From NCBI RefSeq assembly GCF_963921235.1, contig NC_086100.1:199208001-199272000 (forward strand): 64,000 nucleotides of DNA. Reading direction: 5' to 3'. Made by a program: the position numbers and the translations under genes. The notes beneath the pieces were generated by a model. The model had not been told where the DNA came from and ran no database searches. It saw nothing but the letters and a program-made list of their open reading frames with translations. This DNA is from Mobula hypostoma. Its lineage: Eukaryota. Positions 39,097 through 52,400 of this stretch are shown piece after piece (positions within the stretch are counted from its first letter, which is position 1; every line of letters begins with the position of its first letter).

Positions 39097-40014
39097 CTAA
39101 GGCAGACCAAAGAGAATTGTGAGATCATACAGTATGTTAAACATAGAAAACCTACAGCACAATACAGGCCCTTTGGCCCACAAAGTTGTGACGAACATGT
39201 TCCTACCTTAGAAATTACTAGGGTTACCCTTAGCCCTCTATTTTTCTAAGCTCCATGTTCCTATCTATGTTGGTGAAGCAGAGTACCCCAAATTATATAA
39301 TACTGTCACTATCACTGAAAACACATGAAAAGTTATGTGCAAGGCCTAATAGAGCCAGAGACAGAAGGGAAGATGATTGGGGGGGGGGTGGGGGTGGGGT
39401 GGTGGGGGAGAGGAAAAGAGAGCACAATCTCAAATTACCCTGGCCTTCAAGTCTCTGGAAGAAAGCAAAAGAGTAATAGAAGACACGCCTCCCAGTTTTC
39501 AACCGGTGGTAGTACAGCAGTTGCAAAGCCTTTTGTCAAAAATCATAGCCTAGCAGTTTATTCCTCTCCCTATCCCCTACTTGAAGATTTCAAGGTCTGA
39601 ATCATTTGCGTCAAGAGACATCACTGTGAACGTTATTTATCTTGACTTTGAACATCAAGCAATTATCTTCAGTGGATTTATGGATCAATAGTACACCACA
39701 GCAAATTTGTAATACATATATACTGTACATGGCAAATAAAGCTGATCCTTGATGTGTAAAACCATGGCATTCATGCTATAAAGCTTACTCTTATACTTAA
39801 TCTACAACATTAGTTAATGTAACATACATTTGTAGTAACTATGTTAAACAGGTTAGAGTAACCATTACTCTGACACACTAGACATGAAAATGAATTTTGG
39901 CTGATGTTTATTTTAATACTGTTTACTGTGTATGGATGATACTGATAATCATTAACAGCTCTAGGACTGATGTATGGTCGATACGTATTCAGGATTTGCT
40001 ATTCAGACACTTAC

Positions 40015-40058
40015 TCTTCAAAAGCAGCAGCTTGGCTCTCTAATTGTTCACTCTGATC
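40015..40058 (-). CDS. ZNF638: ZNF638 linker exon (DQSEQLESQAAAFE)
   Basis: ttattttaatag|GAT...GA|gtaagt; 44 nt, phase 0-2. Confidence 0.85.
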
Positions 40059-41619
40059 CTATTAAAATAAAATTGAAGCATTAGGATTTTCCAGCTGTAT
40101 CCTGAAGTAAAGACAGAAGCCACAATGGATGACTGCCAAGTCTAAAGGGAGAGCACATACAAGAGGAAGAAATGTGGACAAAATGGTAAAGACCAATCAC
40201 TGGAAACACCGACTCAAGATGCTAGAATCTGCAGCAAATAAAATCTGTTGGAAGAGCTCATGCATCGAGCAGCATCTGTGCTGGCAAACAAATGGTCAGG
40301 AGATGCTCAGCAGCTGAGTTCTTCACAGTTTATTTTTTGCTCCAGATTACTCCCCATTGCCGTTTGCATCAGGTTTTTATTCTGTACCCAGCACAATGGA
40401 CATTATTTCCCAGAAGAAAAAATGACCATAGGTACACAATAATCTTCTTCAGTACCTTAACCAGTGACTAAGTGATTGTTTCAAGTCAATCATTACCACA
40501 GATGCTGTGACTTGCTCAGTATTTCCTTGATTTACTGCTTTGATTTCAGATCTACCTGCAGTGTAATCTGCCCAGAGGGTTGAAAACCCTGAGAAGGGGA
40601 AGGAGATCAGGGGTTGCAATGCTTTACAGTTGTACCAGAGACTCTGGGCTCACTATTCTCAGAACTTGGGAATGGTACACAAATCCCAGAGAGTCATGTA
40701 CACCATGGTCCCCCCCTTCTTCAGACCTTTACCTGTTACCGATCCCCTTTTAACTTCTTACCTCACAACCCCACCTCTCCAATCACCTCAGTTTGTACTC
40801 TCTCCCCCCCACCTTCTTATTCTGACTTCTGTCCCCTTCCTTTCCAGTCCCAATGAAGGGTTTTGGCCTGAACTATTGAGTGGGTGGGGGTGGGGGTGGG
40901 GGGGGGTGGCAGTGGTGTGTGTGTGTGTGTCTCTCTCTCTTTAAAATATGACTAGCGATATTGGTGGGGTAAATTCACGGACTCCCAGCATCCAGACCAT
41001 TTGAAAGCTTCAATGCTGGCTGCATGGCTGTGTGTTTGGTACTGGAGATTAAGCTTAATGCCTTGGTTACCTTTTGCATCTGATGCTTGTCTTGTGATTT
41101 AGTGCACACCCTCTACAACCTGCAAGTTCTGAGCATAGCAACGCTGATGTTAGTGTTACTCTCTCTTTCTTTTAATCTCTTTAAGCTTGACATCAAGGTT
41201 GATTTACCTTTTCATTTCACTAAACTTAGTCATAAGACCATGAGGCACTGGAGCAAATTTAGGCCATTTGGCCCATCAAGTCTGGTCTGTCATTCCATCA
41301 CGGATGATTTATTATCCCTCTCAACTACATTCTCCTGCCTTCTCCCCATAACCTTTGACACCCTGTCTAATCACGAACCTATCACCTCTGCATTAAATAT
41401 ACCCAAAGGCTCGGCCCCCAGAGCAGTCTATATCAATGAGTTCCACAGATTCATCACCTTCTAGCTAATGGGTGCAAAAAACTACTTGGGCAAATGCACC
41501 AGAGCCTTCTTCCACTTTCTGGCTAAACAATTTTGATCACATTACCATTCATACTAGCTTCTTACATTGCAATAAATACTTTACTACCTACAAAGTGCTT
41601 TAAGGGACATAGAAACATA

Positions 41620-41785
41620 GCACACACAAAATGCTGGAGGAACTCAGCAGGTTAGGCAGCATCTACAGAGAAAATTAAATGTAGATTGTTTACTCTCCTC
41701 CACAGATCTGCCTGACCTGCTGAGCTCCTCCAACATTTTGTGAGTGTTGCTCTGAATTTGCAGCATCTATAGAATCTCTTGTGAG
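41620..41785. repeat. Penelope-terminus-derived hairpin element
   Basis: cacacaaaatgctggaggaactcagcaggttaggcag ... ctgcctgacctgctgagctcctccaacattttgtgagtg inverted arms. Confidence 0.7.
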
Positions 41786-42001
41786 TACAGAAACACAAGA
41801 TCTTTCTCCATTCCACCCTGATTTCTAAAGAAGCTTCTGCTCCTTAAGTGAATGAAGTTATAAAGATGCAAGTCACCATATGGTCAAAGTACTCAGTAAA
41901 CCAACTAAACCTCAAATGATGTGCATGCTCTTTGGATACCAACACACATGTAGAAGGCCTGCAGTACACCCTAAATGGAATTAAACTGCCCCAGTGCTTA
42001 C

Positions 42002-42133
42002 CAGTTTTGGAACATCCTTCTTCTGTCCCAGTAATGTCATGGACACCTGCCGACGGTTGATTTCCGCTGGTGTGATGCTGTAGAATTCCACCACTGCTAC
42101 TGCAGCCTCTTTATATGCCATTTCCAGGAAAGC
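42002..42133 (-). CDS. ZNF638: ZNF638 exon, RRM1 second half (AFLEMAYKEAAVAVVEFYSITPAEINRRQVSMTLLGQKKDVPKL)
   Basis: aaaatag|GCT...CTG|gtaagc; 132 nt, phase 0-0; AFLEM RNP1. Confidence 0.94.
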
Positions 42134-42469
42134 CTATTTTTGAGAAATAAAATGCATTCAACTAACATAGAAAAGAATCACTCAACTCTTATAGCTTTTT
42201 TGCCAATATTTAAAAAAAAACTAAGGTTATCCATCCACCACATTATTGTCTATAGATATGCAAGTTCACTGAATGTGGGACATAGAACAGCATAGCTTTA
42301 GAAAAAGTCCTTCAGTCAACCGTGTCTGTGCTGGCTACGTACTACCCAATGGCACCAAAGTTTCATCGAGTTTGCACCCATAAGATATCGGAGCAGAATT
42401 AGCCCATTCAGCCCACCAATACTGCTCCACCATTTGATCACAGCTAATTTATTATCCCTTCTGCTAGCC

Positions 42470-42767
42470 TGAAGATCACTCGAGTGAGGTGTAGCACCTG
42501 CTTAGCCTCCTGATCAGTGTCATGTGAAGCTACGAGAGCAAGTGGTGGATGGTCGTATGAGCAGCTAGTGCATACACAGTCCTGGTCATGCAACCATTGA
42601 AGCCAGGCAGACAGTCTCTTAAAGAGTTTTGTTAACAGCTAGGGTCACCCATCTTGTAAAGGCACTGTCCAGAAGAAGACAATGGCAAATCATTTTTATA
42701 CAAAAACTTGCCAAGAACAATCATGGTCATAGACCACCATCGCTCATGTCATATAATGATGATGATT
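42470..42767 (+). mobile_element. RTE-tail SINE-like repeat
   Basis: Segment gaagacaatggcaaatc...cttgccaagaac resembling RTE-related SINE 3' ends; (gat)n tail. Confidence 0.45.
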
Positions 42768-43049
42768 ATGTACTCAATGACAGGGCGTAGGAGAGTCCAT
42801 CAATAGAAGTACATAATTCCCTGAAAGTAGAAACATAGGCAGCTACGATGGTGAAGGTGTTGTATGATATGCCTGCCTTCATCGCATTTAGTTCTGACTG
42901 CCACACAATTGGAAGGATGTAATTAGGCTGGAGGGTGCACATAAAAGATTTACAAGGATGGTACCTACATTAACAAGCTAGAATTATCGATTAGGCCAGT
43001 TCTGCTTTTCCTGGAGCAAAGTGGATTGAGCAGTGACATTATCGAGATA

Positions 43050-44470
43050 CAGTACTGTGCAAAAGTCTTAGGCACATGTAAAAAAGTTTTGTAAAACAAA
43101 GAAAAGGAAAGGTACGTCGCATCCGGAGTTTCTCCGGTTAGCGGACAATTTCCCTCCACGCCTCTCTGGGTCTGAAAAACAAAGATACTACCAAAAATAA
43201 TGAAAAAGTTTCGAAATATCAAAAAAAAATACTATAAAGAGCAGAGAACAGTAAAAGAAAACTAAACCAAATCAATATTTGGCATGACCACTCTTGTCTT
43301 TAAAACTGCATCAATTCTCTTCGGTACTTTATCGTGCAGTTTTATCAGCAAATCAGCTGGTTGGTTGTTCCAAGCATTTTGGAGAACTTGCCACAGTTCT
43401 TCTGCAGATTTAGGCTGTATCACTTGCTTCTGTCTCTCTTGGTAATCCCAGAAAGGCTCGCTGATGTTGAGATCAGGTCTCGCTGGAGGCCATGCCACCT
43501 GTTACAGAACTCCTTGTTCTTCTTTATGACTTTGGCCTTGTGTTTGGGATCAGATGGTATTGTGTGATGAATGAGAATCTGCTTCTATTTGTAGCACTCT
43601 CCAGCTCTTCTATGGTCAAAATGCCTCCTGTTTAAGCCAAAAATTCAAAATTTTGACTTGCCAGCACAGAGCATTTTCTGCTACTGTTCAGCATCTTACC
43701 CCTTGTGTTTTTGAGCGAAGATGAATCTCTTGGCTTTGTTTCAATTTCAGAGGAATGGCTTTTTGGCAGCAACACCTCAATGAAGACCACTTCTGACAAT
43801 ACTGAAGACGGGTGGACTTGGGTACCAGTGGTTTCTGTGCTGGACTTCCATTTTAGAAGATAAGTCAGTTTGATGTATTGCTCATCTGTTGCATTTAGTT
43901 TCCATGTCCTACCACTGCATTTCTGCTCTTCAACCTTGCCTGTTACTTTGTGCTTCTTCAGAAGAGCTCGAACAGCACATCTTGAAACTCTGGTTAGCGG
44001 CAAAAATTCTGCTCGGGAGCAACCTTGTTGATAGTGGATGGTCACCTTGTGTCTTAATGCTATGCTCACTCCTGCCACAATTGCAGGAATTGATGATTTC
44101 AAGGTTAAACAGTCATACCTGCAACAACCTCACCTTTTAGTTTATTTGTCCTTTGTCCAGTTTGATTCCTTCTATACCCATTTCAGTCGATCAGTTTAGT
44201 TCATTCAACTCATTGTCATTATTAGCATCCTGCTTGTTATCTTTGTTTACGCTTTGCTACATACCAACAAAATAATCAAGTTTTTATTTGAAAAGTGGTC
44301 TATTATTTAATATATTACTTTCTTCAATGAAATACAAACATTTCTCTAACATTAAGTTTTTAGGATTTGCTCTTTTCTACAGACATACCAATATAGAAGA
44401 CAAAAAAATTAACATCTAAAACAAAATTTATTAAAAAATCTAGGGTGCCAAAGACTTTTGCACATTACTG
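43050..44470 (-). mobile_element. Second Tc1-family transposon, internally deleted
   Basis: TA|cagtactgtgcaaaagtcttaggcac ... gtgccaaagacttttgcacattactg|TA; transposase remnants WPPARPDLNISEPFWD and SRCAVRALLKKHKVTG; splits a CR1 RT fragment. Confidence 0.92.
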
Positions 44471-45358
44471 TATATAAAATTATGAAAGGCATACATAGGG
44501 TACAGCAATTGTCTGTTTCCCATTGACAGAGAAAATGAGATTGGAGGAGTTGTTATCTGGAATGAAAGTAATATTGACAAGATACTTTACAAATACTTGA
44601 ATACAGATTATGGAGGAATATGGAATTAATGTGATATTATTGCAGACAACCAGTGGCCAGCATAAACACAGAGGGTTGTAGGGCCGGTTTCTATGCTATA
44701 CAACTCCGTCTATCCAATCTATTCTCCCCTTGTTTCCACTAATAACTTCTCAGATTCCACCCACGCTCTATGGCCAATTAAGCAACCAAGTGGCACATCT
44801 TTTGGCTATAGGAGGAAACTGCAGGATGCAGAGGAAGCCCACGTGGCCACACAGAGAGTGTACAAACTTTACTCCGAAAACATTGGCGATTGGGATCAAA
44901 TTCAGGTTGTTCTGCACGCTGTACCATTCTGAGAAAAGGTCCTTTGGCCCACTGAGCCACTGCTAATCACACACTCGTTGACATTAATCCTATTTCCATC
45001 AATTCTACCTAGACTCCAGCATCCACTTACAGACCAGGGACAGTTTGCAGTGGCTGATTAATCCACCGGCCTTCAGGGATTTGGGATGAAAGGGGAAATG
45101 AACAAACTCTCCAGGGAGAATGTGTGAATTCCACACAGATGGCACTAGAGGCTTATCTAAATTCATCCTTTTGCAATCTGGGGATCCCTTCTCCACAATC
45201 TGAAATAGTTTGACTTTGTGGATCACTCAAAGAACAACCTGAGCCACAATAGTTGGCGAGAGACTGAGCATTGAAATTTCACACCAATCTTTTCAAGCTA
45301 GCACAATATGATACTTGATACTTCAATATGAGCTTGATACTAAGACATGAAACTTTAC

Positions 45359-45499
45359 CTCATTTTTGGAGCTGACCAATTTAATGCCAACAACTTTTCC
45401 AAAAGGCTGGGTCAGCTTTGAGATGTCTTCTTCAGTGTAGCCATCATGTGGCAGGTCAGTGACGTGAACCACACGCCCACTCTTCCTCATTTCATTCAT
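45359..45499 (-). CDS. ZNF638: ZNF638 exon, RRM1 first half (MNEMRKSGRVVHVTDLPHDGYTEEDISKLTQPFGKVVGIKLVSSKNE)
   Basis: gcttttccaaag|ATG...GAG|gtaaag; 141 nt, phase 0-0; GRVVHV.DLP...PFGKV is the matrin-3-family RRM signature. Confidence 0.95.
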
Positions 45500-46657
45500 C
45501 TTTGGAAAAGCAACAGAACAGTTAGCACTTCAATGGAATTCACAAGAACACGTAAACCACGTCCTCGTCCACTGCAGACACAGCCAACCCCTGGTCCCTG
45601 CCATTAAAAGACAAAGTGCAGAGAAGCATTCCTTCTTCGGCAGGTTGCATCAATACAAATAGCAGACCACGTAGAACATAAAATAGCACATTACAGTACG
45701 GGTCCTTTGTCCCACAATGTTGTGCTAACCTTTTAACCAATTCCAAGATCAATCTAACCCTTCCCTCTCCCTTGGCCCTCATTCTCTTTCACCCACATCC
45801 TTAATGTATTTACCTCTATCAACACCCCGGTAGCACATACCAAACACCCACCACTCTCTGGAAGAAAACTTACCTCTGATATACCCCCCAAAACTTTCCT
45901 CAAATCACCTTAAAACTGTGTACTTTCACATTAGCCATCTTTCCTCAGGGAAAAAGTCACTGGCTGCTCACTTGATCTACACCTCTTATCATCTTGTACA
46001 TCAAGTCACCTCTCATCCTCCTTCACTCCAGAAAGAAAAGCTCTAACTCAGTCAACCTATCCTCACAAAGCATGCTCTCTAAACCAGGCAGCACCCTGGT
46101 AAATCAATGCATCTTCTCCCCTCCCTGTGATACTCGTAACTGACTGTCAGGCAGAATACGTTCCATCCACTAGCGCTCTCTGCTTTCTGTGTACAAGACA
46201 ATTCTGAATACACACAACTAAGCCTCCATGGACGCCAAGCTTTCTGAATGAGCCTCATAATAGGCATCTGTTAGTCTCGTGAGACCATAGATTTGCGCCT
46301 TGGAAGGTTTCCAGGGCCCAGGCCTGGGCAACTTCTAATCATCTGGTACAACTCTTGCGGCTGGTGAGGATGCAAATATCATCACCAAAGGCGCAGCAAT
46401 CTATTCCCTTGTTTCAAATAGTAATTTGGGATAGATACAGCACATCCTCTTTCTTAACAGTGCCATGTCCTAATACACTTCTATCCCTGATCAGTCCTAG
46501 CCTCACTCTGGTCATCCATCTGTTATTCACATACATGCAGAACACCTTGGGCTTTTCCTTAATCCCACTCACCATGTGCAGAACTGACTTTTAACATCAT
46601 TGTATGAATAGTGATGAAGTCTTTGACAACTGGGCAGCAAGAACAGCTGTCACTCAC

Positions 46658-46716
46658 CTGCTGTGCACTAGCCTTGTCTTGAGCATCAGGGTACTCGGCC
46701 TCCTCGGAAGCCGAAG
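46658..46716 (-). CDS. ZNF638: ZNF638 exon (ASASEEAEYPDAQDKASAQQ)
   Basis: cttcctattcctgcag|CT...CAG|gtgagt; 59 nt, phase 1-0. Confidence 0.88.
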
Positions 46717-48534
46717 CTGCAGGAATAGGAAGAGCGCTCAGTCAGCGTTCAGCGTGTAACCAGCAGTGAATTATCACATCACTCTAGGCTCAAACATACA
46801 GTTTTTTCACCTATTGATTCTCTTTCCACAGGCACTAGGAGTTCTACCTGTATCTAGTTTTAGTTTCAGATTGATTACCTGCAGCTTGTTTTTATTTTCA
46901 TGAGACATTGAAAGTGTTGGTGTTTAGAGGGACATATGTATCCTATTATAGGAATCCCTCTACAATTAGTACAGCAAAAAAAAAGGCCCTTCAGACCACA
47001 AAGTTATGCTACACCAATTAATTTAGTAATCAAATCGGCACCCTAAATAAACCCCACTACGTACAATGTCCGCGTCCTTCCATTTTCCTCACATTCATGT
47101 GCCTATCCAAATGTCTCTTAAAAATCTTGGGTCTTCGGCAAGATTTCATTGACATGATTTGTGGATTGGACTCCGTAATTCATGTTATGACGTATTTCTG
47201 ATTTGTAATCACCCCTTTTTTTGTTGCTGTTTTGATCAGGGCAGATGGGGTTCTGCAGGCTGCAGTCAACGAACGTCACAGGGCTAGACGGAACTGAACT
47301 GAACTGAACTGAAACTGAACGTTTCTGGACTGTTTCAATGACTTTGTGATTTGATGCTTTATATTCTGTGCTTTTGCTGTTTACGCGATTTGTTCTTTTT
47401 TTGCGCGTTGGGGGTTTGATGTTTTTCTTAGAATGGGTTCCATGGTTTTGTTCCGTGGCTGTTTTGTGGGAAGACAAAACTCCGGATTGTATACAAAATA
47501 CATATTTTGATAAAAAACATTCTTTGAAGTATCTAATGAATCTATCTTAACCACCTCAGGCAGTACATTCTAGGCACCCTGTGTAGAACTTACCCCTCAT
47601 GTCTCCTTTGAAATTACCCCACCCCCCTCATCTTAAATGTTTGCCTTCTGGTATCAGACATTTCAACCCTGGGAAAAGGATACTATCTAGTAAATCTATG
47701 CCTCTCACAATCTTATAAATGCCTATCAGATCTCCCCTTAGACCCCTCCACTCCAGTGAAAACAACCAAGTTTATCCAGCCTCTTATTACAGCATGTATC
47801 CTCTAATCCAGACAGCACCCTGGTAAACCTCTTCAGCACCCTATCCAAAGCCTCAACATTCTTCCTATAATGGGGCGACCAGAATTGTATGCAATACCCC
47901 AAGTGTGGCCTAACTAGATTTTTTATAAAGTTGCAACATTACTTCCTTACTTTTAAACTCAGTGCCTCAACTAATAAAGGCAAGCATGCTATATGCCTTC
48001 GTAACTACCCTATCAGTCACTTTCAGGTAGCTATGATCGCGCATTCCAAGTTCCATCTGCTCATCAAGAATGTTGAGTATTCTCCTGTATAGTCTCTTCA
48101 CATTTGACCCACCAAGGAGCAACATATTATATTTTGCCAGGTTAAACTCCATCTTCCATTTCTCCACCCATATCTATAACTGATCCATATCCTGTTGTAT
48201 TCGTTCTGAGTCCTCTAAGCTATCCACACCACCACCAATCTTATCATCCTGTGTTAAAATTATCACAAGGGATTGTTGTGTATTACTCTCAATAGAGGCT
48301 GCCTAACCTGCTGAGTTTCCCCAGGATTTGTGTGTGTGTCACTGAAAATTAACAACCATGAAACAATTCTGGAAGTGAGAAATGTACTTTTTTATATATA
48401 CACACAAAGACAGGCACAAAAGTAAATATAGATGAATGAAATTAGGGATTTATCCAGACTGGACCCAGAATATAGTGCACATGCCTGATCTCACTATGTA
48501 AAGGACACACTTGTGATAAAGAATGTGGAGATTA

Positions 48535-48842
48535 GAACTAGGGTACATTGCCTCAAGATTCAGGGGAGAAGATTTAAGATGGACATGAGGAGAAACTGTT
48601 TTTCCAGGGAGTGGTGAATCTGTAGAATTCTCTGCCTAGGGAAGCAGTTGAAGCTTCTTCACTAAATAGATTTAAGAAACAGTTAGATAGATCTTTACAT
48701 AGTGAGGAATTAAGGGTTATGGGGAAAAGGCAGGTAGATGGAGCTGAGTTTACGGACAGATCAGCCATGATCTTATTAAATGGCGGGGCAGGCTCGATGG
48801 GCCGGATGACCTACTCCTGCTCCTATTTCTTATGTTCTTATG
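48535..48842 (+). mobile_element. CR1 LINE 3' end
   Basis: Ends ctcctatttcttatgttcttatg; close reverse-complement match to 19991-20295. Confidence 0.85.
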
Positions 48843-49414
48843 AGATAGTTTACCCAGATTGAAGATGTCCCATCAAGAGAAATTAAGGGAAGACTGGACC
48901 AACAGAATATAGAGTTAGAGGAACGATCAATGAAACCTAACATATCTGCAGTGTTTCAGCAAACAGACTTGGCATATTTCCTTGCTGAGATTGAGTACAT
49001 CTACATGGAGCGCTGTCACAGGAAAGCATCATCATGGATCTGCACCACCTGGGCCATGCTCTATTCTTGCTGCCGCCGCTATCAGGAAGAAGGTACGTAA
49101 GTGTCAGGACTCACACCACCAGGTTCAGCAACAATTATTACCCATCAGGCTCTTGAAGCAAAGGGGATAACTTCACATGCTCCGTCACTGAACTGTCCCA
49201 CATCCTATGGACTCACTTTCAAGACTCTTCCTCTCATGTGCTTGATGTTTGTTGCTTGCTTGCTTATTTATTTATTTATTATTTCTTTTTTTCTTCAGAT
49301 ATCTAGTTTGCTGGCTTTTGCACACTGGTTGTTTGTCCTCCTTGTTGTTGTGTGGTCATTCACTGATTCTTGGATTTATTGAGTATGCTTGCAAGAAAAT
49401 GAATCTTAGGGTTG

Positions 49415-52400
49415 CAAAGGGATTGAGAAAATCAAGTTGGTGCTAGATCGCAAGAGAGGGAACTTACTGAATACCTACGATTTGGCCTTTTAGAGAAGCT
49501 TGTGCTTGAGCCTACTTGGGGAAAGGCCATCTTACATTGGGTGTTGTTTAATCACCCAGATCTTATAAGGGAGCTTAATGTAAAGGAACCCTTAGGAGGC
49601 AGTGATTGAAATCATACTGTAAGTTGAGAGGGATAAGTACAAGTCACATATGTCAGTACCATAATGGAATAAAGGGAAGTAAATGAACATGAGAGAGGTG
49701 TTTGCCCAGGTGAGTTAGAGGAGGATACTGGCAGGGATGATGGCAGAGCAGAGATGGCTTAAGTTTTGGGATTAGTTTACAAGGTGCAGGATAGATATGT
49801 CCCACAGAAGAGATTGTTGTTAAATGGTAGGGGTAGGCAACCGTGGTTGAGAAGGGAAGTTAAGGACTGCATAGAAAGGATCAGCATGGGTGTGGACCAA
49901 GTATGTCCAGAGGGGCAGATAGTCTGACAGTGTATACATATCTTGCAAACCCTTCAGTAGTTGCATAGACACCTGAAGAGTAGACTATCTGTTGGATGGA
50001 AGTGACCAACAACTCTGATAGAGGCAGATGCCAAGCTTTTAGACTCACCAGTGGGAGGTGGTGCTTTAGCACTGCTGGCCCACCACCTCGAGGGAGTCTT
50101 GATCATAAGCAGGCCGAAACTCCTGAAGACAGGTGGCAGATCAACTGATGATCCCACTGGTGATAGCACAGGACAGTTAACATCTTAGTCCCTGTGTATT
50201 TTGTAACTCTAAAGCCAAGAAAGGGTACGTTGGCCTCCATCAGTCTCATGAGACCATGGATTTGCGCCTTTGGAAGGTTTACAGGGCGCAAGCCTGGGCA
50301 AGGTTGTATGGAAGACCGGCAGTTGCCCATGCTGCAAGTCTCCCCTCTCCATGCCACTGATGTTGTCCAAGGGAAGGGCATTAGGACCCATAGAGCTTGG
50401 CACCAGTGTCATCGCAGAGCAATGTGTGGTTAAGTGCCCTGCTTAAGGACACACATGCAGTCTCAGCCAAGGCTCGAACTAGCGACCTTCAGATCACTAG
50501 CCTTAACCACTTGGACACGCACCAACACAAGTGAGTGGCGTTGGATGATTGGGAAGCTTTTAAAAGGCAACTAAAAAAGCTATAAGGGAAAAGATGAAAT
50601 ATGAGGGCAAACTAGCCAATAATATAAAGCAGGATACTAAAAGTTTTTCAGTTATATAAAGAGTAAAAGGGAGGTAGGAGTTGATACTGAAGACTGGGAA
50701 ATGATGCTGGTGAGGTAGTTATGGGGGATAGAAATGGCAGATGAAGTTAAGGAGTATTTTGCATCTACCTTCACTGTGGAAGACACTAGCAGTATGCCAG
50801 AGGATTGTGAGTGTCAGGGAGCAAGAGTGAGTGCTTTTGTTCTAACAAAGGAAGAATTGCTAGGCAAACTCAAAGGTCTTAAGGTGGATAAGTCGCCTGC
50901 ATCAGATGGACTACATCCCAAAGTCCTGAGAGGATGCTGAAGAGTTAATGGATGCATTGGTCATGATCTTTAAAGAATCACTTAATTCGGGCATGGTCCC
51001 AGAGGAGTGGAAAAATGCAAATGTCACTCCACTCTTTCAGAAGGGAGGAGGGCAAAAGAAAGGAAATTATAGGCTTATTAGCCTAACCTGAGTGGTTGGG
51101 AAAGTGTTGGAGTCTATTATTAAGGATGAGGTTTTGGTATATTTGGAGACTAATGATAAAATAGATCAAAGTCAGTATGGTTTCCGTGAAGGGAAATCTT
51201 GCCTGACAAATCTGTTAAGAGTTCTTCGAGGAAGTAACAAGCAGGCTGGACAAAGGAGAGGCAGTGGATGTCACTTACTTACATTTTCAGAAGGCATTCG
51301 ATAAGGTGCACACAAGGCTGCTTAACAAAATTCCATGGCATTACAGGAAAGACACCACCAAGGATAGAGGAATGGCTGACAGGCAGGAGACAGCAGGTGG
51401 GAATAAAAGGGGCATTATCTGGTTGACCGCCAGTGACTAGTGGTGTTCCTCAGGGGTCAGTATTGGGACCGCTACTTTTCACGTTGCTTGTCAATGATTT
51501 GGATAATGGAATAAAAACAAGAGAAAATCTGCAGACGCTGGAAATCCAATTAACACACACAAAATGTTGGAGGAATTCAACAGGCCAGGCAGCATCAAAG
51601 AAAAATAGTACAGTCAATGTCTCGGTCCAAAACGTCACTGTACTCTTTTCCACTGATGCTACCCCACCTGCTGAGTTCCTCCAGCATTTGTCTGTGTTAC
51701 TCGGATAATGGGATCAATAGCTTAATGGCAAAATTTGTGGATGATATGAAGATAGCTGGAGGGGTAGGTAGTGCTGATGAGGCAATGTGATTGCAGCAGG
51801 TCTTAAGACAAATTGGAAGAATGGGCAAAAAACTGGCGGATGGAATACAGCATTGGGAAATGTATGATAATGTATGAGGGCAGGGGAGGAGAAGATGGCG
51901 GTGCGATGCAGCGCGTGCGGCCGCTCTGAAATGATATCGTATTTGTTAAATAGGGGCCGTGCACAATCCTGATTTGATGGAGACAGATGTGAGAAACACA
52001 GAGGAACATCTGGAGAAACTTCTGAAATGCCAGCTTCGCTGCCGCTGCTACTGTGCGATCGAGAATCTCCAGAGCGGAAGGCCCCAAATCCTTGGCTTTG
52101 CCTATTGCTGGGGCTGGGGTCGAAGCGCTCAGCAGAGATGGTGCTTGGTGCTTGGTGCTGGAGGGCTGGTTGGAGGCTCGAAGTTTTCGGACAGACTGAG
52201 AGTCGGACTGTGGTCGGGTGCTTTCAGGATGCTGCATCGGCAAGTTTGTAGCGCTGAAAGCTCCTGGCAGGGGAAGTCTCTTCCTTCTACTGTCTGCGTG
52301 AGATGATGGGACTTTCGAGAGACTTTTTTTTTACCGTGCTCATGGTCTGTTCTTTATCAAATTACAGTATTGCTTTGCACTGTTGTAACTGTATGTTATA

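Noticed and set aside
47290..47320. (gaact)n short tandem repeat suggesting an array
   Set aside because: Microsatellite inside a non-LTR repeat; no spacers. No CRISPR-like array exists in this eukaryotic window.
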